Below are positions 1-9,812 of a stretch of 36,904 nucleotides of DNA, piece after piece. Positions within the stretch are counted from its first letter, which is position 1. Each line of letters begins with the position of its first letter. The position numbers were made by a program, and so were the translations under genes. The stretch lies in the IMG/VR virus record IMGVR_UViG_3300038809_000038, positions 1-36,904 of that record. The stretch is one strand, 5' to 3'. The notes under the pieces were generated by a model that saw only the letters and a list, made by a program, of their open reading frames with translations, had not been told where the DNA came from and did not search any database. The stretch is from a virus. Taxonomy: Duplodnaviria > Caudoviricetes.

Positions 1-366
1 TCAAACAACATCATCTGGTGGTAGAAAAAGATCGCCCTGATTGCGAGCAATTACTGCCAGCCGCATCCGCTTAACGACTTTGTAGACAAATGCCAGAGAG
101 ATGTTGTGTTTCATGGCGATCTCTCTTTGGTTTCGGCCCGTCCATTCATCAAAGATTTGCTGATGCAGCTTCGAGGCCTGCAGGTGAATGCCTTTCGGCA
201 TGTAAAGCACCTGGCCTCCCCAAACAGTAGCCATCAACATGGCCACTTCACTGCCGTGTGCCTCAGCCAGTTCAGGGCTGATATCCAGGGTCTCCTTCGC
301 AGACTGGGCCACGTGACCAGCCAGTGCCTGAAGAAGATCTCCAGGAGCGCTACAGGGCTCTTTCAT
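1..366 (-). CDS. Mor/C family transcription activator
   Basis: WGGQVLYMPKG motif followed by a C-terminal HTH (FDEWTGRNQREIAMKHNISLAFVYKVVK). Confidence 0.9.
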   Translation of the reverse strand: MKEPCSAPGDLLQALAGHVAQSAKETLDISPELAEAHGSEVAMLMATVWGGQVLYMPKGIHLQASKLHQQIFDEWTGRNQREIAMKHNISLAFVYKVVKRMRLAVIARNQGDLFLPPDDVV

Positions 367-815
367 ACGACCTCCTTATTGGTTACTCGGTATTGCCACT
401 GTTTCAAATTTTCAATCACCCGGCTCGCCTGTGCGGTACTGAGCCACTGCAGCGCGGAGACGCGTGTCATGCTCAGTACAAACTTGGCCAGAGCGGCTTC
501 GGACGAATCACGAACCTCGCCCAGGTCATGTAGGGCCAACCAAAGCGACCGGATCTTCTTTGACTGATCATCGTCAGCCAACGGTCGCTTTCCTGCCTTG
601 TTTGGACGAACCTTGAAGCCCTTTTGCTTGAGCTGTTCCAAAACCCTAAGCAGGTTTGGAACACTCAGATCAGCAGTGGACGTTGCGCCGTCCAATCCCT
701 TCATGCCAGCCAGCATCAGGCGATATGTGTCGGCATCCATGTGCAGTTCTCGACGGGCGACGTGGATCAGCTTGATCAAGCGCAGACGATTCGGGTTGGA
801 AGGCGCGGTTTTCAC
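363..815 (-). CDS. GemA/Mu gp16 family protein (DUF1018)
   Basis: LIKLIHVARRELHMDADTYR..., KIRSLW, WLSTAQASRVIENLKQW; lies next to mor. Confidence 0.88.
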   Translation of the reverse strand: MKTAPSNPNRLRLIKLIHVARRELHMDADTYRLMLAGMKGLDGATSTADLSVPNLLRVLEQLKQKGFKVRPNKAGKRPLADDDQSKKIRSLWLALHDLGEVRDSSEAALAKFVLSMTRVSALQWLSTAQASRVIENLKQWQYRVTNKEVV

Positions 816-997
816 TGATCACCTCCATTCATCGAACGTGCGTTGCCGGTCTGCTGGTTACGAGCGGCATGAATCCGTTGACGGATCTTGCTGCACTTAG
901 CGTGATTGCCAGTGTTACGAGGCCGTTTGCATTGATCACAGATCGCCAGGAACTCCAGTACACCGGCTGAAAGCTTCCCCGTGCTAGTCATGCCCAT
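812..997 (-). CDS. small hypothetical protein, possible Zn-binding (CxxC...HxxC)
   Basis: Overlaps both neighbours; CDQC...HAKC. Confidence 0.6.
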   Translation of the reverse strand: MGMTSTGKLSAGVLEFLAICDQCKRPRNTGNHAKCSKIRQRIHAARNQQTGNARSMNGGDQ

Positions 998-1215
998 TTC
1001 TGACGCTCCATCAGTTCAATAGCAGCCTGCTGCGGATCTTCAACGTCGCCGTAAGACAATTCACGAATGAAGTTCTCCAGTTCGAGCTTTTGGTCCAGGG
1101 CATGTCCTGAAGACCACGCCGCCACACGCAGCTCACCAATGACTCGAGGCACTTCGTTATTCATACCTTCAACTACCAGGGTGTCGTACTTAGTTTCCAT
1201 GGCGTTCATTTTCAA
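988..1215 (-). CDS. hypothetical protein
   Basis: Tightly coupled ORF in the early operon. Confidence 0.6.
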   Translation of the reverse strand: MKMNAMETKYDTLVVEGMNNEVPRVIGELRVAAWSSGHALDQKLELENFIRELSYGDVEDPQQAAIELMERQKWA

Positions 1216-1901
1216 ACTCCCATGGTTAAGTGTGCGCGAGGCTGGTGGTTCACCGCCTGGTGCAGTTGAGCCGACTTGCCTGCCTGATACCCGGCATCGG
1301 CAGAGCCTTCATCACGAGACTTGAGCTTGCGACGCTTCAAATCAACCGATTTAAGTGCTGGGTAGTTTTTAGCCATGTAAGCCTCGATTGCTTCTGCAAT
1401 TTCGTCTTCAACACCCGCAAACTCTTCTACTTTGAGGGCCACAGCGTCGATCCAGCCATGGGCAAAGGCATCGCCACGCGCAATTTTGGTGGATCTCTTG
1501 CAACGTTTCTGAGTAGCCAAGTAATCACGTCGAGCTTTCTGGCACTGGCGCTCAAGTACTTGATATGCGTACCCCGAAAGCTCTGGCGCAGCGCTGCAAC
1601 CGATGAAGGTGAATACCGCTCTGGACCATGCCGGTGTGCTGTAAATTAAGTGTGTTCCGAATGCTCTGGCACAAACATTTGCCAACCGGATTCGCCAGGC
1701 CGGTGGCTCACCGTCAGAACCAGCTGGAACCTGCGACTCACCCGCCATGCTGGCAAGCACATCGCCCATCTCCAGGTCGTACAGCTCCAACAGTTTATGG
1801 GCCTGACGCAGTGCGATTTCGGCCTCGTTAGGATTGCTGGTTTTGGACTTGGCCATCTCCAGGCATTTTTTGATCTTTTCCAGTGTGCGGTTGTTATCCA
1901 T
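1212..1901 (-). CDS. DUF2786-domain protein
   Basis: N-terminal LEKIKKCLEMAKS..SNPNEAEIALRQAHKLL signature. Confidence 0.8.
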   Translation of the reverse strand: MDNNRTLEKIKKCLEMAKSKTSNPNEAEIALRQAHKLLELYDLEMGDVLASMAGESQVPAGSDGEPPAWRIRLANVCARAFGTHLIYSTPAWSRAVFTFIGCSAAPELSGYAYQVLERQCQKARRDYLATQKRCKRSTKIARGDAFAHGWIDAVALKVEEFAGVEDEIAEAIEAYMAKNYPALKSVDLKRRKLKSRDEGSADAGYQAGKSAQLHQAVNHQPRAHLTMGV

Positions 1902-1902
1902 T

Positions 1903-2292
1903 TCACTCGTCCTCTAATTGAAGGTCGAGGTTGACCTCGATGTCTGCGCTAACCAGGCGAATACCACACCAACCAAAAAGCTCTCCGGGTTCAGTGCCTC
2001 CCCACCCTTCGATTTCATGGAGGTTCTCTCGTGTCCAGCGCTTGGCGGAATGATCGTCTCTACATACGCCTCCACCAATTTCCAGAAACGAACTTGCAAG
2101 CCGCTCACCTGCCATCTTGATAACTGCCTTTACAGCGTCCTGCCCCGCTTCTTCGAGGCGGTAATCAGGGCTGGTCCAGAACTCATTGATTTCCCTGGCG
2201 CGCTCTGGTGTGAGCAGATCGTGATTAACCTCCAAAACGATCTCCCATTCTCTCCAGGTGTCTTTCAGCTTGTAGGTTTTGAGATTGCTCAT
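1903..2292 (-). CDS. hypothetical phage protein (DUF2528-like)
   Basis: Likely start MSNLK at 2292 (ATGA overlap, GAAGGTG SD); EINEFW..RL motif. Confidence 0.6.
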   Translation of the reverse strand: MSNLKTYKLKDTWREWEIVLEVNHDLLTPERAREINEFWTSPDYRLEEAGQDAVKAVIKMAGERLASSFLEIGGGVCRDDHSAKRWTRENLHEIEGWGGTEPGELFGWCGIRLVSADIEVNLDLQLEDE

Positions 2293-2735
2293 AAAACACC
2301 TTCCAGAGGAGTGATTCGCCATTTGCTGTGCAGACGCCCAGTAGGCGTACATGGCAGGCGTTCGATGCCAAAGGGCCGACCATAGAAAAGCTTTTCAGCT
2401 AGCCGCTTCACTGGGTAGACATAATCATGGGTGCAAGACACGCGCTTGCCGCGCACGGTGCTAGTCGCGTAGCCATCTCCGTTCATGCGAACTGAAACTT
2501 CGACCGGTACCAATGGATGGATCGAGTGCACCGGGTACTTCACGCTGCCTGTACGCCCCTCCCAAAGGTATTCGACCACCCCACCAACTTTCAGGGCTGC
2601 GAGGTTGACAACCTTCAATCCACCCCAAACATCGGTCTGATACGGCCAGCTTTCAGTGACGATGCCAGCCTCGTCGACAGTCCACACGAGGAAGTCCTGG
2701 TGGTGGTCCTGGAACTCAATCAATGTCTTGCTCAT
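2289..2735 (-). CDS. hypothetical phage protein
   Basis: Likely start MSKTL at 2735, overlapping the upstream stop; FQDHHQDFLVW motif. Confidence 0.65.
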   Translation of the reverse strand: MSKTLIEFQDHHQDFLVWTVDEAGIVTESWPYQTDVWGGLKVVNLAALKVGGVVEYLWEGRTGSVKYPVHSIHPLVPVEVSVRMNGDGYATSTVRGKRVSCTHDYVYPVKRLAEKLFYGRPFGIERLPCTPTGRLHSKWRITPLEGVL

Positions 2736-2953
2736 GTCGGTTGCCCCAGCCATTGAAGCTTCAACGCTTCCAGTTTTTCAGCAACGCCATCGACTTGGTC
2801 TGGATCGCCGTGAATCACGGCAATGACAAAGCTTTGGCCCGATTCCAGCTCCAGGTGCACAACATCGAAAGTGTCCTTACTGCTCTTTTCAGCATCTTCA
2901 AGCAGATCGAACAGGCTTGTTTTGGGCCACTGCATGGACGTAAGAACGCCCAT
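2732..2953 (-). CDS. hypothetical protein
   Basis: Acidic 73-aa ORF that exactly fills the gap in the operon. Confidence 0.6.
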   Translation of the reverse strand: MGVLTSMQWPKTSLFDLLEDAEKSSKDTFDVVHLELESGQSFVIAVIHGDPDQVDGVAEKLEALKLQWLGQPT

Positions 2954-2954
2954 A

Positions 2955-3572
2955 TCACACCCCCGCCAACGTCAGGTTGATAGGCAAATACTGGTCAGTG
3001 CTGCCTTGGCGCTTGTAGACCCTGATGTACACGGCGGTCCCGTTGACCTGGATGGAGTCTTTCAATGCTTTCATGGCCATTTTCCAATCAGGATCGTCGA
3101 TTTCAACGCGCAACAGACTGAGCACGTCTTTCACCATCAACTGCCCCTGGCGGTTGGCCCTGAAGGCACGGTCGACCAGCACCCGCAGGTGGCTGTTCGC
3201 TCCCTCGGACCAAGCATTGATGCACTGGTTGATCAACTCCCTTGCGGCTTGGATCTCTTCAGTGAAGACAACTCGATCCGCGTAGGCCCGCTCGATCTTG
3301 AACTCGCCATCGTAAGTGGTGATGGAGACATTGCCCTTTTGACCGCCAAGCGTTATGCCATAACGTTCAGCGGACACAGCAACCAGGTCTGCAACATCAG
3401 CCAGGGCCTTTTTCTTGAAGCGTGCCAGAGCCGCACTGAGTTGCTCGGCCTCATCACCAAGATCGCGAGCAACGCCATCACGTAACTTGTCATGCTCCCG
3501 CACCTGGTCAACCGGAACCAAATGACCCACCGCATTTCGGACAAAGCCTGCAGGGATATTGAGGTCAGACAT
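2955..3572 (-). CDS. DUF3164 family protein
   Basis: GHLVPVDQVREHDKLRD, GGQKGNVSITTYDG, YIRVYKR; AGGAG SD before ATG 3572. Confidence 0.85.
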   Translation of the reverse strand: MSDLNIPAGFVRNAVGHLVPVDQVREHDKLRDGVARDLGDEAEQLSAALARFKKKALADVADLVAVSAERYGITLGGQKGNVSITTYDGEFKIERAYADRVVFTEEIQAARELINQCINAWSEGANSHLRVLVDRAFRANRQGQLMVKDVLSLLRVEIDDPDWKMAMKALKDSIQVNGTAVYIRVYKRQGSTDQYLPINLTLAGV

Positions 3573-4185
3573 GGGGCTGCTCCTTTTGGGCAAACGCTGC
3601 TGCGCGGTCGAGTCGGTCAATTTCAGCGAGAATCAAGGCACCAGCTTTAACCAGGTTGCGACGTTGGTCGTGAGGCCTCCAGGAAGCTGCCATCCACGGC
3701 CATGCTTCAGGGACGAGACGCATGGCGTCCGCCGTTTCAGTCGCCTGCTTGGCTGCCTCGATGGCATAGCAAGCGCCGGCTTGCGCGAGATCACCGTTGA
3801 CGTACTCTTCATCCTGCTCGGGATAAAAGCAGTGAACTTGAATCTGACGGATGCGCTCGGCCAGCACACTCTGCAGTGATGCGGGAGCGGTTTTCGCGTA
3901 TTCCGTTTCGCTGAAAGCCGCATGATCGGCAGCGATCAGCCGGTAGATGTTACGGATGAGCTTTTCATCGTCGTGCACGCCGTCGAATACTTGGTCGACG
4001 ACCCAAGCAAGCATGGGCTCAGTGATGTCAGCAGGCATTCCACCTGCGGACAGGCCATACCGGTCGATGTGTTTGAGCAGCAAAGAAACGTGCTCCATCG
4101 CCTCAGCCCAAAACATGGTTGGGCTTTCATGCTCGACCGCATGACGCAGGGCCTTGATGGCCAATGTTAGGGACTGGCTCATCAA
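3565..4185 (-). CDS. hypothetical phage protein with a conserved-looking C-terminal domain
   Basis: AERIRQ...LAQAGACYA...WPW...RRNLVKAGALILAEIDRLDR, a domain common in phage accessory genes. Confidence 0.7.
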   Translation of the reverse strand: MMSQSLTLAIKALRHAVEHESPTMFWAEAMEHVSLLLKHIDRYGLSAGGMPADITEPMLAWVVDQVFDGVHDDEKLIRNIYRLIAADHAAFSETEYAKTAPASLQSVLAERIRQIQVHCFYPEQDEEYVNGDLAQAGACYAIEAAKQATETADAMRLVPEAWPWMAASWRPHDQRRNLVKAGALILAEIDRLDRAAAFAQKEQPHV

Positions 4186-4469
4186 TGCACCTGCCTTGCG
4201 GATTGGGCCGCTTTTTGCTGTTGCTGGTAAAACGCAGCGAGGCGCTGCAGCTCGTTGTAGGTGTCGCAGAAATTCCCGGCTATCTGCAGCTTGGCCAGCT
4301 TCACCAAGGCGCTGCCCAGTTTGTGGACGTACTCTTTCAGCTGAATGATTTGCTGGTCCTTGCTGAACATTTCGTCGTTCATGCGCTTAAGTTCGGCGCG
4401 GACCTGCTGCTCATCGAGAAGATCCGGGTTACATAAGGTCGAGCAGGCGTGAACAATAACTTCGCTCAT
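4182..4469 (-). CDS. hypothetical coiled-coil protein
   Basis: ATGA-coupled on both sides. Confidence 0.65.
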   Translation of the reverse strand: MSEVIVHACSTLCNPDLLDEQQVRAELKRMNDEMFSKDQQIIQLKEYVHKLGSALVKLAKLQIAGNFCDTYNELQRLAAFYQQQQKAAQSARQVH

Positions 4470-4783
4470 TGGTCCTGCTCCTTCACCGATGTGTACCAGG
4501 CAACATCAACACCTCGTACACGCATGGTGTTGCGGGTGCAGCGTCCAGCTGGAGTGAAACTGATTCTGTGCAGTTCACCCCCAAATCGCTGTAAGAACAG
4601 ATCGACACTGTCCTGATCGATAAAAATCTTGTTGTCGAGTACCACCAGGTGCTTGATCACGACACCAGCAGCGCGGATATCGCGGGTCAGCTGATTAAAG
4701 GCGGACAATTTGTTGGTGAAGTCTTCGGCCAGAACGCTGGTCTTCTCTTCCACTTGCACACCTACGAGGTACAAAGCGGCCAT
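4466..4783 (-). CDS. hypothetical protein
   Basis: Coupled immediately downstream of the ATPase. Confidence 0.65.
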   Translation of the reverse strand: MAALYLVGVQVEEKTSVLAEDFTNKLSAFNQLTRDIRAAGVVIKHLVVLDNKIFIDQDSVDLFLQRFGGELHRISFTPAGRCTRNTMRVRGVDVAWYTSVKEQDQ

Positions 4784-4784
4784 C

Positions 4785-5969
4785 TCACACCCCCTTCACG
4801 ATGTCGGCAGTGACGATTGGCGCGCCCAAATTCGCAGCCAGGTTCATCGCGGCGATCACCAGATTGCCGATGGCGAGCGGGTAAAGGAGCGAAACGGTTT
4901 CATCCCTGCCGCCTCGGCGCGCTGGCTGTGAGAGTCGAGTAGCGATGGCTTGGATTCCGGTGGCATCGATGACTTCACCAAGTGCCTTGCCTGCCCGGTC
5001 AAAACGAAACTTCAGAAACTCCTCCAGGCGTGCACCCTCGATTGGCGGCAGCGTTATGCGCTCGCAGCGCTGTACCACCTCGCGCACATCGGCGTTACGC
5101 TCGCTCAGCTTCACGCTCAGCTCGGGCTGGCCGATCATGATGATGCTGACCAATTTGGTGAACCCAACCTCCAGCTCCAGGATGCGCTTGAGGTGCTTGA
5201 GTGTCGGGATCGGCAGGCTGTGAGCCTCCTCGATCACCAGGCAATGGCGATAACCAGCAGCGTGCGACTCTTTCAACACTTTATGCAGTTGAGCAAAGCG
5301 TGCCTCGGGGCTGTTTTTGGGCTTAGTCAGGGGCGAGACCGCCGCCATCATTGCCTCGGCAATGTGAGTGCTTTTCAGCGATTTACCCTTGGTGTCGTTG
5401 TCTTCGGACGCCAGGACATAGGGTTCAATGATGATGACCAGGTCATTTTTCTCGACCAAACGATTGACCAGGTCGCGGCGCAGAGTACTTTTACCGGCGC
5501 CGGACTCGCCCTCGATGGCAAGAAAGCCGCCGTGTTTGGCTGTCTGATACATCGCTTCACGCACATAGCGGATGTCTGGGCTGGTCCACATGTCTTGAGC
5601 GCAGGAAAGCTCATCAAAGGGATCGCGGAACATGCCGAATGCTTTGCGAGTAGGTGGCAACAACGTTTGTTTTGGCAGTAACATAGGTTCGTCCTCCCCG
5701 GACGGCTCTTCTTTTAGGGCCGGATCTGCCGTGTTCGAGCACGGCAGATCCACTTCTTCAAAGGCGTTGGCGATGTCTGCATCGTTGGCGCCGGACTCGG
5801 TCAGAAACATGCGGATGCGGCCCTGCAGGTCGGCGATGTCCAAGCTGCGGGGCCACTGGCTGTGGTTCAGCAACTGGGCGACCGCAGCCCCGCTGAGTTT
5901 CAGCGACTCGGCCAGGGCCGACTGAGGGCGGCCCACCCCCTGTAAAACTTGTTTCAGTTTCAACATCAC
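4785..5969 (-). CDS. transposition AAA ATPase (MuB analogue, ExeA/AAA_22-like) with N-terminal HTH
   Basis: Walker A GESGAGKST, Walker B LVIEEAH, IIMIGQPEL; follows the transposase. Confidence 0.92.
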   Translation of the reverse strand: MMLKLKQVLQGVGRPQSALAESLKLSGAAVAQLLNHSQWPRSLDIADLQGRIRMFLTESGANDADIANAFEEVDLPCSNTADPALKEEPSGEDEPMLLPKQTLLPPTRKAFGMFRDPFDELSCAQDMWTSPDIRYVREAMYQTAKHGGFLAIEGESGAGKSTLRRDLVNRLVEKNDLVIIIEPYVLASEDNDTKGKSLKSTHIAEAMMAAVSPLTKPKNSPEARFAQLHKVLKESHAAGYRHCLVIEEAHSLPIPTLKHLKRILELEVGFTKLVSIIMIGQPELSVKLSERNADVREVVQRCERITLPPIEGARLEEFLKFRFDRAGKALGEVIDATGIQAIATRLSQPARRGGRDETVSLLYPLAIGNLVIAAMNLAANLGAPIVTADIVKGV

Positions 5970-7741
5970 TCACCTCCAACCGCTGCCAGCACCAGGCTGA
6001 ACGGTTTGCGGATGACCTCTGCAGGTCGTTTTAGCTCGGCCTCAATGGCCTCAAGCTGTTCTTGAGGAACACCGTCTGGATATTGCTGTTGCAGCCAGCT
6101 GAAAGTTTCCGGCGTCCAGAGGTTGTCAAGGCGTGGGCGAAGTAGCTTCGCCGCCTCAACATGGCTTAGTGGGGCAAGCTCAACCGTGGGCGCATTGACG
6201 TTCAGCGACGTACCACGGCGCGGCATGTAGGCAGGCAGCAAGGTGTCGGTTACGTGCTTATGCGGATCGATCAGGCCCCCGAAAGGCACTTTTTTCGACT
6301 TGCGAGCGGACTCTGCGTCGGCTTGGTTTGTGGTGCCGGTGGCGATCTGCTCAAGCACCTTGCGTGACACCTGGGCCGGAGTCTGCGCGTGGCTTTTATA
6401 CTGCTCGCCAATATGTGCAGCGGTCTCGGCAAAGCCGTATTGATCGATTCCGATTTTCTCAATGACGTGATACTGCTCCCGTCCGTCCTCACCCATCAGG
6501 ACTGCAATGGCCGAGTCCTGGTCACGCCAGCAATTACGAGTGATCAGCAGCTTCTCGCCTACCATGACGCCAGGCACTGTGCTGACATCAAACTGGGCGC
6601 CGCGAAACGAAACCCGCAGCAGGTTGCTGACCTTGCGTTCCTCTGGCGTGCTGACAGCCAGCTCGCGGCAAACGGCGATGCTGGGTGCAAGGCGCAGTTG
6701 ATCTGCCTGAATTAACTGCCATACGCCATAGCGGGTACGTTGCGTGCGGTTGTGAATAGATGTGGCATTGAAGAACCGCATCCACTGGCCAGCCCATTCG
6801 TTGATCTGCTCCAGCGTTTGCGCCGCCTTGAATTTCAAGGCACTTTCAAATTCACGTTCAACGATGTTGTGCGCCTGCTCGACCTGACCTTTGGCGCGAG
6901 CGTTGCCTACCTGGTTAATGATCAGATTGATGGACATGGCACGGCACAAGTTGCGAAAGATGCTGCTGGTCATGGCTGCGCCAGGGTCAGTCATCAACAT
7001 CCAGGGCACGCCATGGAATGGGTCTGCTTCATGACGCTTCTGCATGGCGTTGATCAGCACGTTGCTGAGATTTTCGGCAGACTCGGCGCCCAGGACGTAC
7101 TCCAGGTACAGCGTGCCGCTGGTATGGTCAGTGATCACGTAACGCCACAAACGCTGACGCTCGATCTTTTTCAAGTTGGCAGGTTTGCCATCATAGAAAA
7201 CAGCCTTGTCCATCACCTTGGCGCCGTCATCGGCCAGATAGAATTGCGTCGATATCGAAGCGTCGACCTGCCAAACGTGGTTTGGATGGTTGCTGGCCAG
7301 CGATACTGCCGGAGCATCGTGCAGTAACTGCTCAGGGTGCAGCTTGTAGCTGCGAAGCGCCTGGGCAATGGCACTATTACTCAGTGGCAGAAACTCGCCT
7401 GTTTCTTCATTGAGGCGACCTGCCAGGATCAAGTTGTTGCTGCGCAGCCGCTCAACCGCCCGCTCGATGGTGGACAGCTGTTTGCCATTGGCACGGATAG
7501 ACTCCAGGAGTACAGCCGATATTTTCTGCGCCTCTTCCAAGGGCAAAGCGCTGCAGCCTGCATCACTTCGGCGTTTGCGTGGCTTGCTCACTGAGACCTC
7601 CTTTAACTTGCGCTGTAGGGTTTGAAGGGACATGCCCAGCTCTGCCGCACCTGCTTTATAGATAGCGGTGCGCTGACCGTGGGGAGTCACGGCTGCTCGC
7701 TGGGCGATCTGCGCCAGTTGCTGGGCTTGCACAGGGTTCAT
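5966..7741 (-). CDS. DDE transposase (MuA analogue, rve/integrase core)
   Basis: VWQVDAS, LMTDPGAA and NARAKGQVEQ supply the D-D-E triad; N-terminal HTH. Confidence 0.93.
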   Translation of the reverse strand: MNPVQAQQLAQIAQRAAVTPHGQRTAIYKAGAAELGMSLQTLQRKLKEVSVSKPRKRRSDAGCSALPLEEAQKISAVLLESIRANGKQLSTIERAVERLRSNNLILAGRLNEETGEFLPLSNSAIAQALRSYKLHPEQLLHDAPAVSLASNHPNHVWQVDASISTQFYLADDGAKVMDKAVFYDGKPANLKKIERQRLWRYVITDHTSGTLYLEYVLGAESAENLSNVLINAMQKRHEADPFHGVPWMLMTDPGAAMTSSIFRNLCRAMSINLIINQVGNARAKGQVEQAHNIVEREFESALKFKAAQTLEQINEWAGQWMRFFNATSIHNRTQRTRYGVWQLIQADQLRLAPSIAVCRELAVSTPEERKVSNLLRVSFRGAQFDVSTVPGVMVGEKLLITRNCWRDQDSAIAVLMGEDGREQYHVIEKIGIDQYGFAETAAHIGEQYKSHAQTPAQVSRKVLEQIATGTTNQADAESARKSKKVPFGGLIDPHKHVTDTLLPAYMPRRGTSLNVNAPTVELAPLSHVEAAKLLRPRLDNLWTPETFSWLQQQYPDGVPQEQLEAIEAELKRPAEVIRKPFSLVLAAVGGE

Positions 7742-7743
7742 GC

Positions 7744-8631
7744 TCAGGCCTCGCGCTTATCCATCCAAACGGGGTCCTGATTTTCCTGGTGTTCAGGCAG
7801 GTGAAAGTCGCTGCGCAGGGTCGCCAAGGCCAGCTCCAGTTGGCGAATCAGGTCTGCTTGATAGAAGCGATGGTCTTGGCCATGTTCCGCGCCGTGCTCG
7901 GCCATTTTGTTGAAACCCTCGCGCAGCTTGCCGAGTACTGTCAGCTCAAGCTCATCCGTTAAGGCGATCACTTCGACGCGAAGGTCTTTAATTACCTCGT
8001 CCGGGTCAGCAAATTGGATACGTTTGCGGGTCTTGATCAGCTCCTGCGTGACTTTTTCGAGGTCCTGGTTGCGGTCAGCGAGGCGCTCATCTTTGGCATT
8101 GGCGTCTTCGCGAGCCTCACGCAACGCGGCGCGCAGTTCGCGGCTGGTCATGCGGTCAATGTCTTCTAGCGCTAGACCAGCAACGGTTCCACCCTCTGTT
8201 AAAGACGCTAGGTCTTCGTCATCTTCAGTCATGAGTTCGAACAGCTTGGTCTTTCCCAAAACGGCGAGCGCCTGCCGTTTTGATTCGAGTTGAGGATTCG
8301 AATACTTGAGAGTGGCCTGCATCATTTGCCTGGCAGTCCTCTCTGGTATGCCGAGTTGCTCGCGGACGATCTGTTCAAACTCCCCATGCGGCTCGTTTTC
8401 CTTGAGCACAATCAGCCGCTTGCCCGCTTCCAGCATGGCCTCTGCACTTTGGGCCATGTAGAACCGAGCCTCATTCACCAGTCGGGTGCGGTCGTATGGA
8501 AGGCCATCGCCGTACTGAGTCATTACCTCGGCACTATTGCTGGCCATTAAGTTTTGTTTAGCTGTCAGGACTTCTCCGTTCAATTCGGCCAGTTCGACTG
8601 CTTCGGGTGTTGGAGTTTTAATGCGCGCCAT
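7744..8631 (-). CDS. DUF3102-domain protein
   Basis: EAGKRLIVLKENEPHGEF...ERTARQMM; typical position upstream of the transposase. Confidence 0.8.
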   Translation of the reverse strand: MARIKTPTPEAVELAELNGEVLTAKQNLMASNSAEVMTQYGDGLPYDRTRLVNEARFYMAQSAEAMLEAGKRLIVLKENEPHGEFEQIVREQLGIPERTARQMMQATLKYSNPQLESKRQALAVLGKTKLFELMTEDDEDLASLTEGGTVAGLALEDIDRMTSRELRAALREAREDANAKDERLADRNQDLEKVTQELIKTRKRIQFADPDEVIKDLRVEVIALTDELELTVLGKLREGFNKMAEHGAEHGQDHRFYQADLIRQLELALATLRSDFHLPEHQENQDPVWMDKREA

Positions 8632-8643
8632 GGTTGGAACTCC

Positions 8644-8946
8644 TTAATTCATTGAGCCAGCGGCAATACGCTGATTGATTTCATGGATTCGGTCTTGCAG
8701 GCGAGCGACGTGAACGGCGTGCGCCTGGGCAATTTGCAAGGTTTCGATGGAGTGAGCGAAGCGACCGTTGTCCAGTCGCGTCGCCAGCCCTTCATCAATA
8801 AGGGTTTGTACGGCGCGAGTGATATTGCTGGGGCTATCACCTGTCAGCGTGACCAGATCGTTGTTACTTAGGCCTGTGAAGGTGTGGCCTTTAAGGGCCT
8901 TAAATGTCCGCAGCACGCGTGCGGCGGCAGAAAGAGTGGCGGTCAT
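8644..8946 (-). CDS. IclR-like winged-HTH DNA-binding protein
   Basis: RVLRTFKALKGH..GLSNNDL...SPSNITRAVQTLIDEG. Confidence 0.75.
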   Translation of the reverse strand: MTATLSAAARVLRTFKALKGHTFTGLSNNDLVTLTGDSPSNITRAVQTLIDEGLATRLDNGRFAHSIETLQIAQAHAVHVARLQDRIHEINQRIAAGSMN

Positions 8947-8948
8947 GC

Positions 8949-9422
8949 CTATTCCTCAAGTTCAAGTTGTGGTTGTTGGCTCTGACTGACGTTGCCGCGA
9001 TGCCAGGCAAGCCCTTCCATTGCTGCCTGGATGGCTGCAAGGGTTTCTTCGGCCTCACAGGTCTTCGCGTAGAAGGCCAACAGCTTTCCGGCTGCGGTTG
9101 TGAGAAGCTCCTGCAGCGCTTGCGTATCTTTGGCTGTACAGCGTCGACCAGTAGGTATGTCGATGGTCAGTCGACCTGCACTCGCGTTTATCCAGCGAGT
9201 GACGTAGTCGCAGCCGCAGGCCTGTTCAAAGGGGCGAATCATGTTGGCGGGCATACGACCAGTCTGAAACCATTTGTAAAGCGTCCAATGGTCGGTTTCG
9301 CCCATATCTATAGCGATTCGCTCGACGCTCTTGTTGTGGGCCTCTTTTGCGAAGTCCTTACACAGTTCCATGGCGCCACGTAACGAAGTGGCTTGAACGT
9401 TTTTCCAATAACGGCGGTTCAT
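8949..9422 (-). CDS. hypothetical phage regulatory protein
   Basis: Likely start MNRRYWK at 9422 with a GAGG SD; HTH-like SVERIA..LYKW segment. Confidence 0.7.
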   Translation of the reverse strand: MNRRYWKNVQATSLRGAMELCKDFAKEAHNKSVERIAIDMGETDHWTLYKWFQTGRMPANMIRPFEQACGCDYVTRWINASAGRLTIDIPTGRRCTAKDTQALQELLTTAAGKLLAFYAKTCEAEETLAAIQAAMEGLAWHRGNVSQSQQPQLELEE

Positions 9423-9527
9423 TGGAGGCCTCGCTTCGATGGGCTTTCCAAACAAATTGTGTTTTTGCCGCTATCCAGGTTGCTGGTGTTGGCCGCAAAG
9501 TTTTGCGAGGCAATCACAGACAGAGAC

Positions 9528-9770
9528 ATGGTTATGACCGACCGCATTGAGAGACTTGAAGCGCAAGTAAATGCTCTGGCGCAGGGCTGGTTGCGGCTTG
9601 CGGCTGCTCTGGAAGCTCAGGGGCTAATTGATCCTGACTGCATTGATCAGTCGCTGAGGTCGATTCGCTGGCCAGGCCAGGCAATTGAATGCGAGGCAAC
9701 AAAGACGCTTGCCTGGCTGTGCGATCAGATGAACGAGGCGCGGAATAATCGCCAATCGGAGCAGCCATGA
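9528..9770 (+). CDS. hypothetical protein, antisense within the early operon
   Basis: Fills the gap with no credible competing ORF; helical IERLEAQVNALAQGWLRLAAALE; start uncertain (9528 or 9534). Confidence 0.6.
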   Translation: MVMTDRIERLEAQVNALAQGWLRLAAALEAQGLIDPDCIDQSLRSIRWPGQAIECEATKTLAWLCDQMNEARNNRQSEQP

Positions 9771-9812
9771 GTCGAAAGCCCAGACCGTCGTACTGACCTA
9801 TTACGCGGCCCA

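Noticed and set aside
4950-5681. 243-aa plus-strand ORF
   Set aside because: Shadow of the ATPase gene
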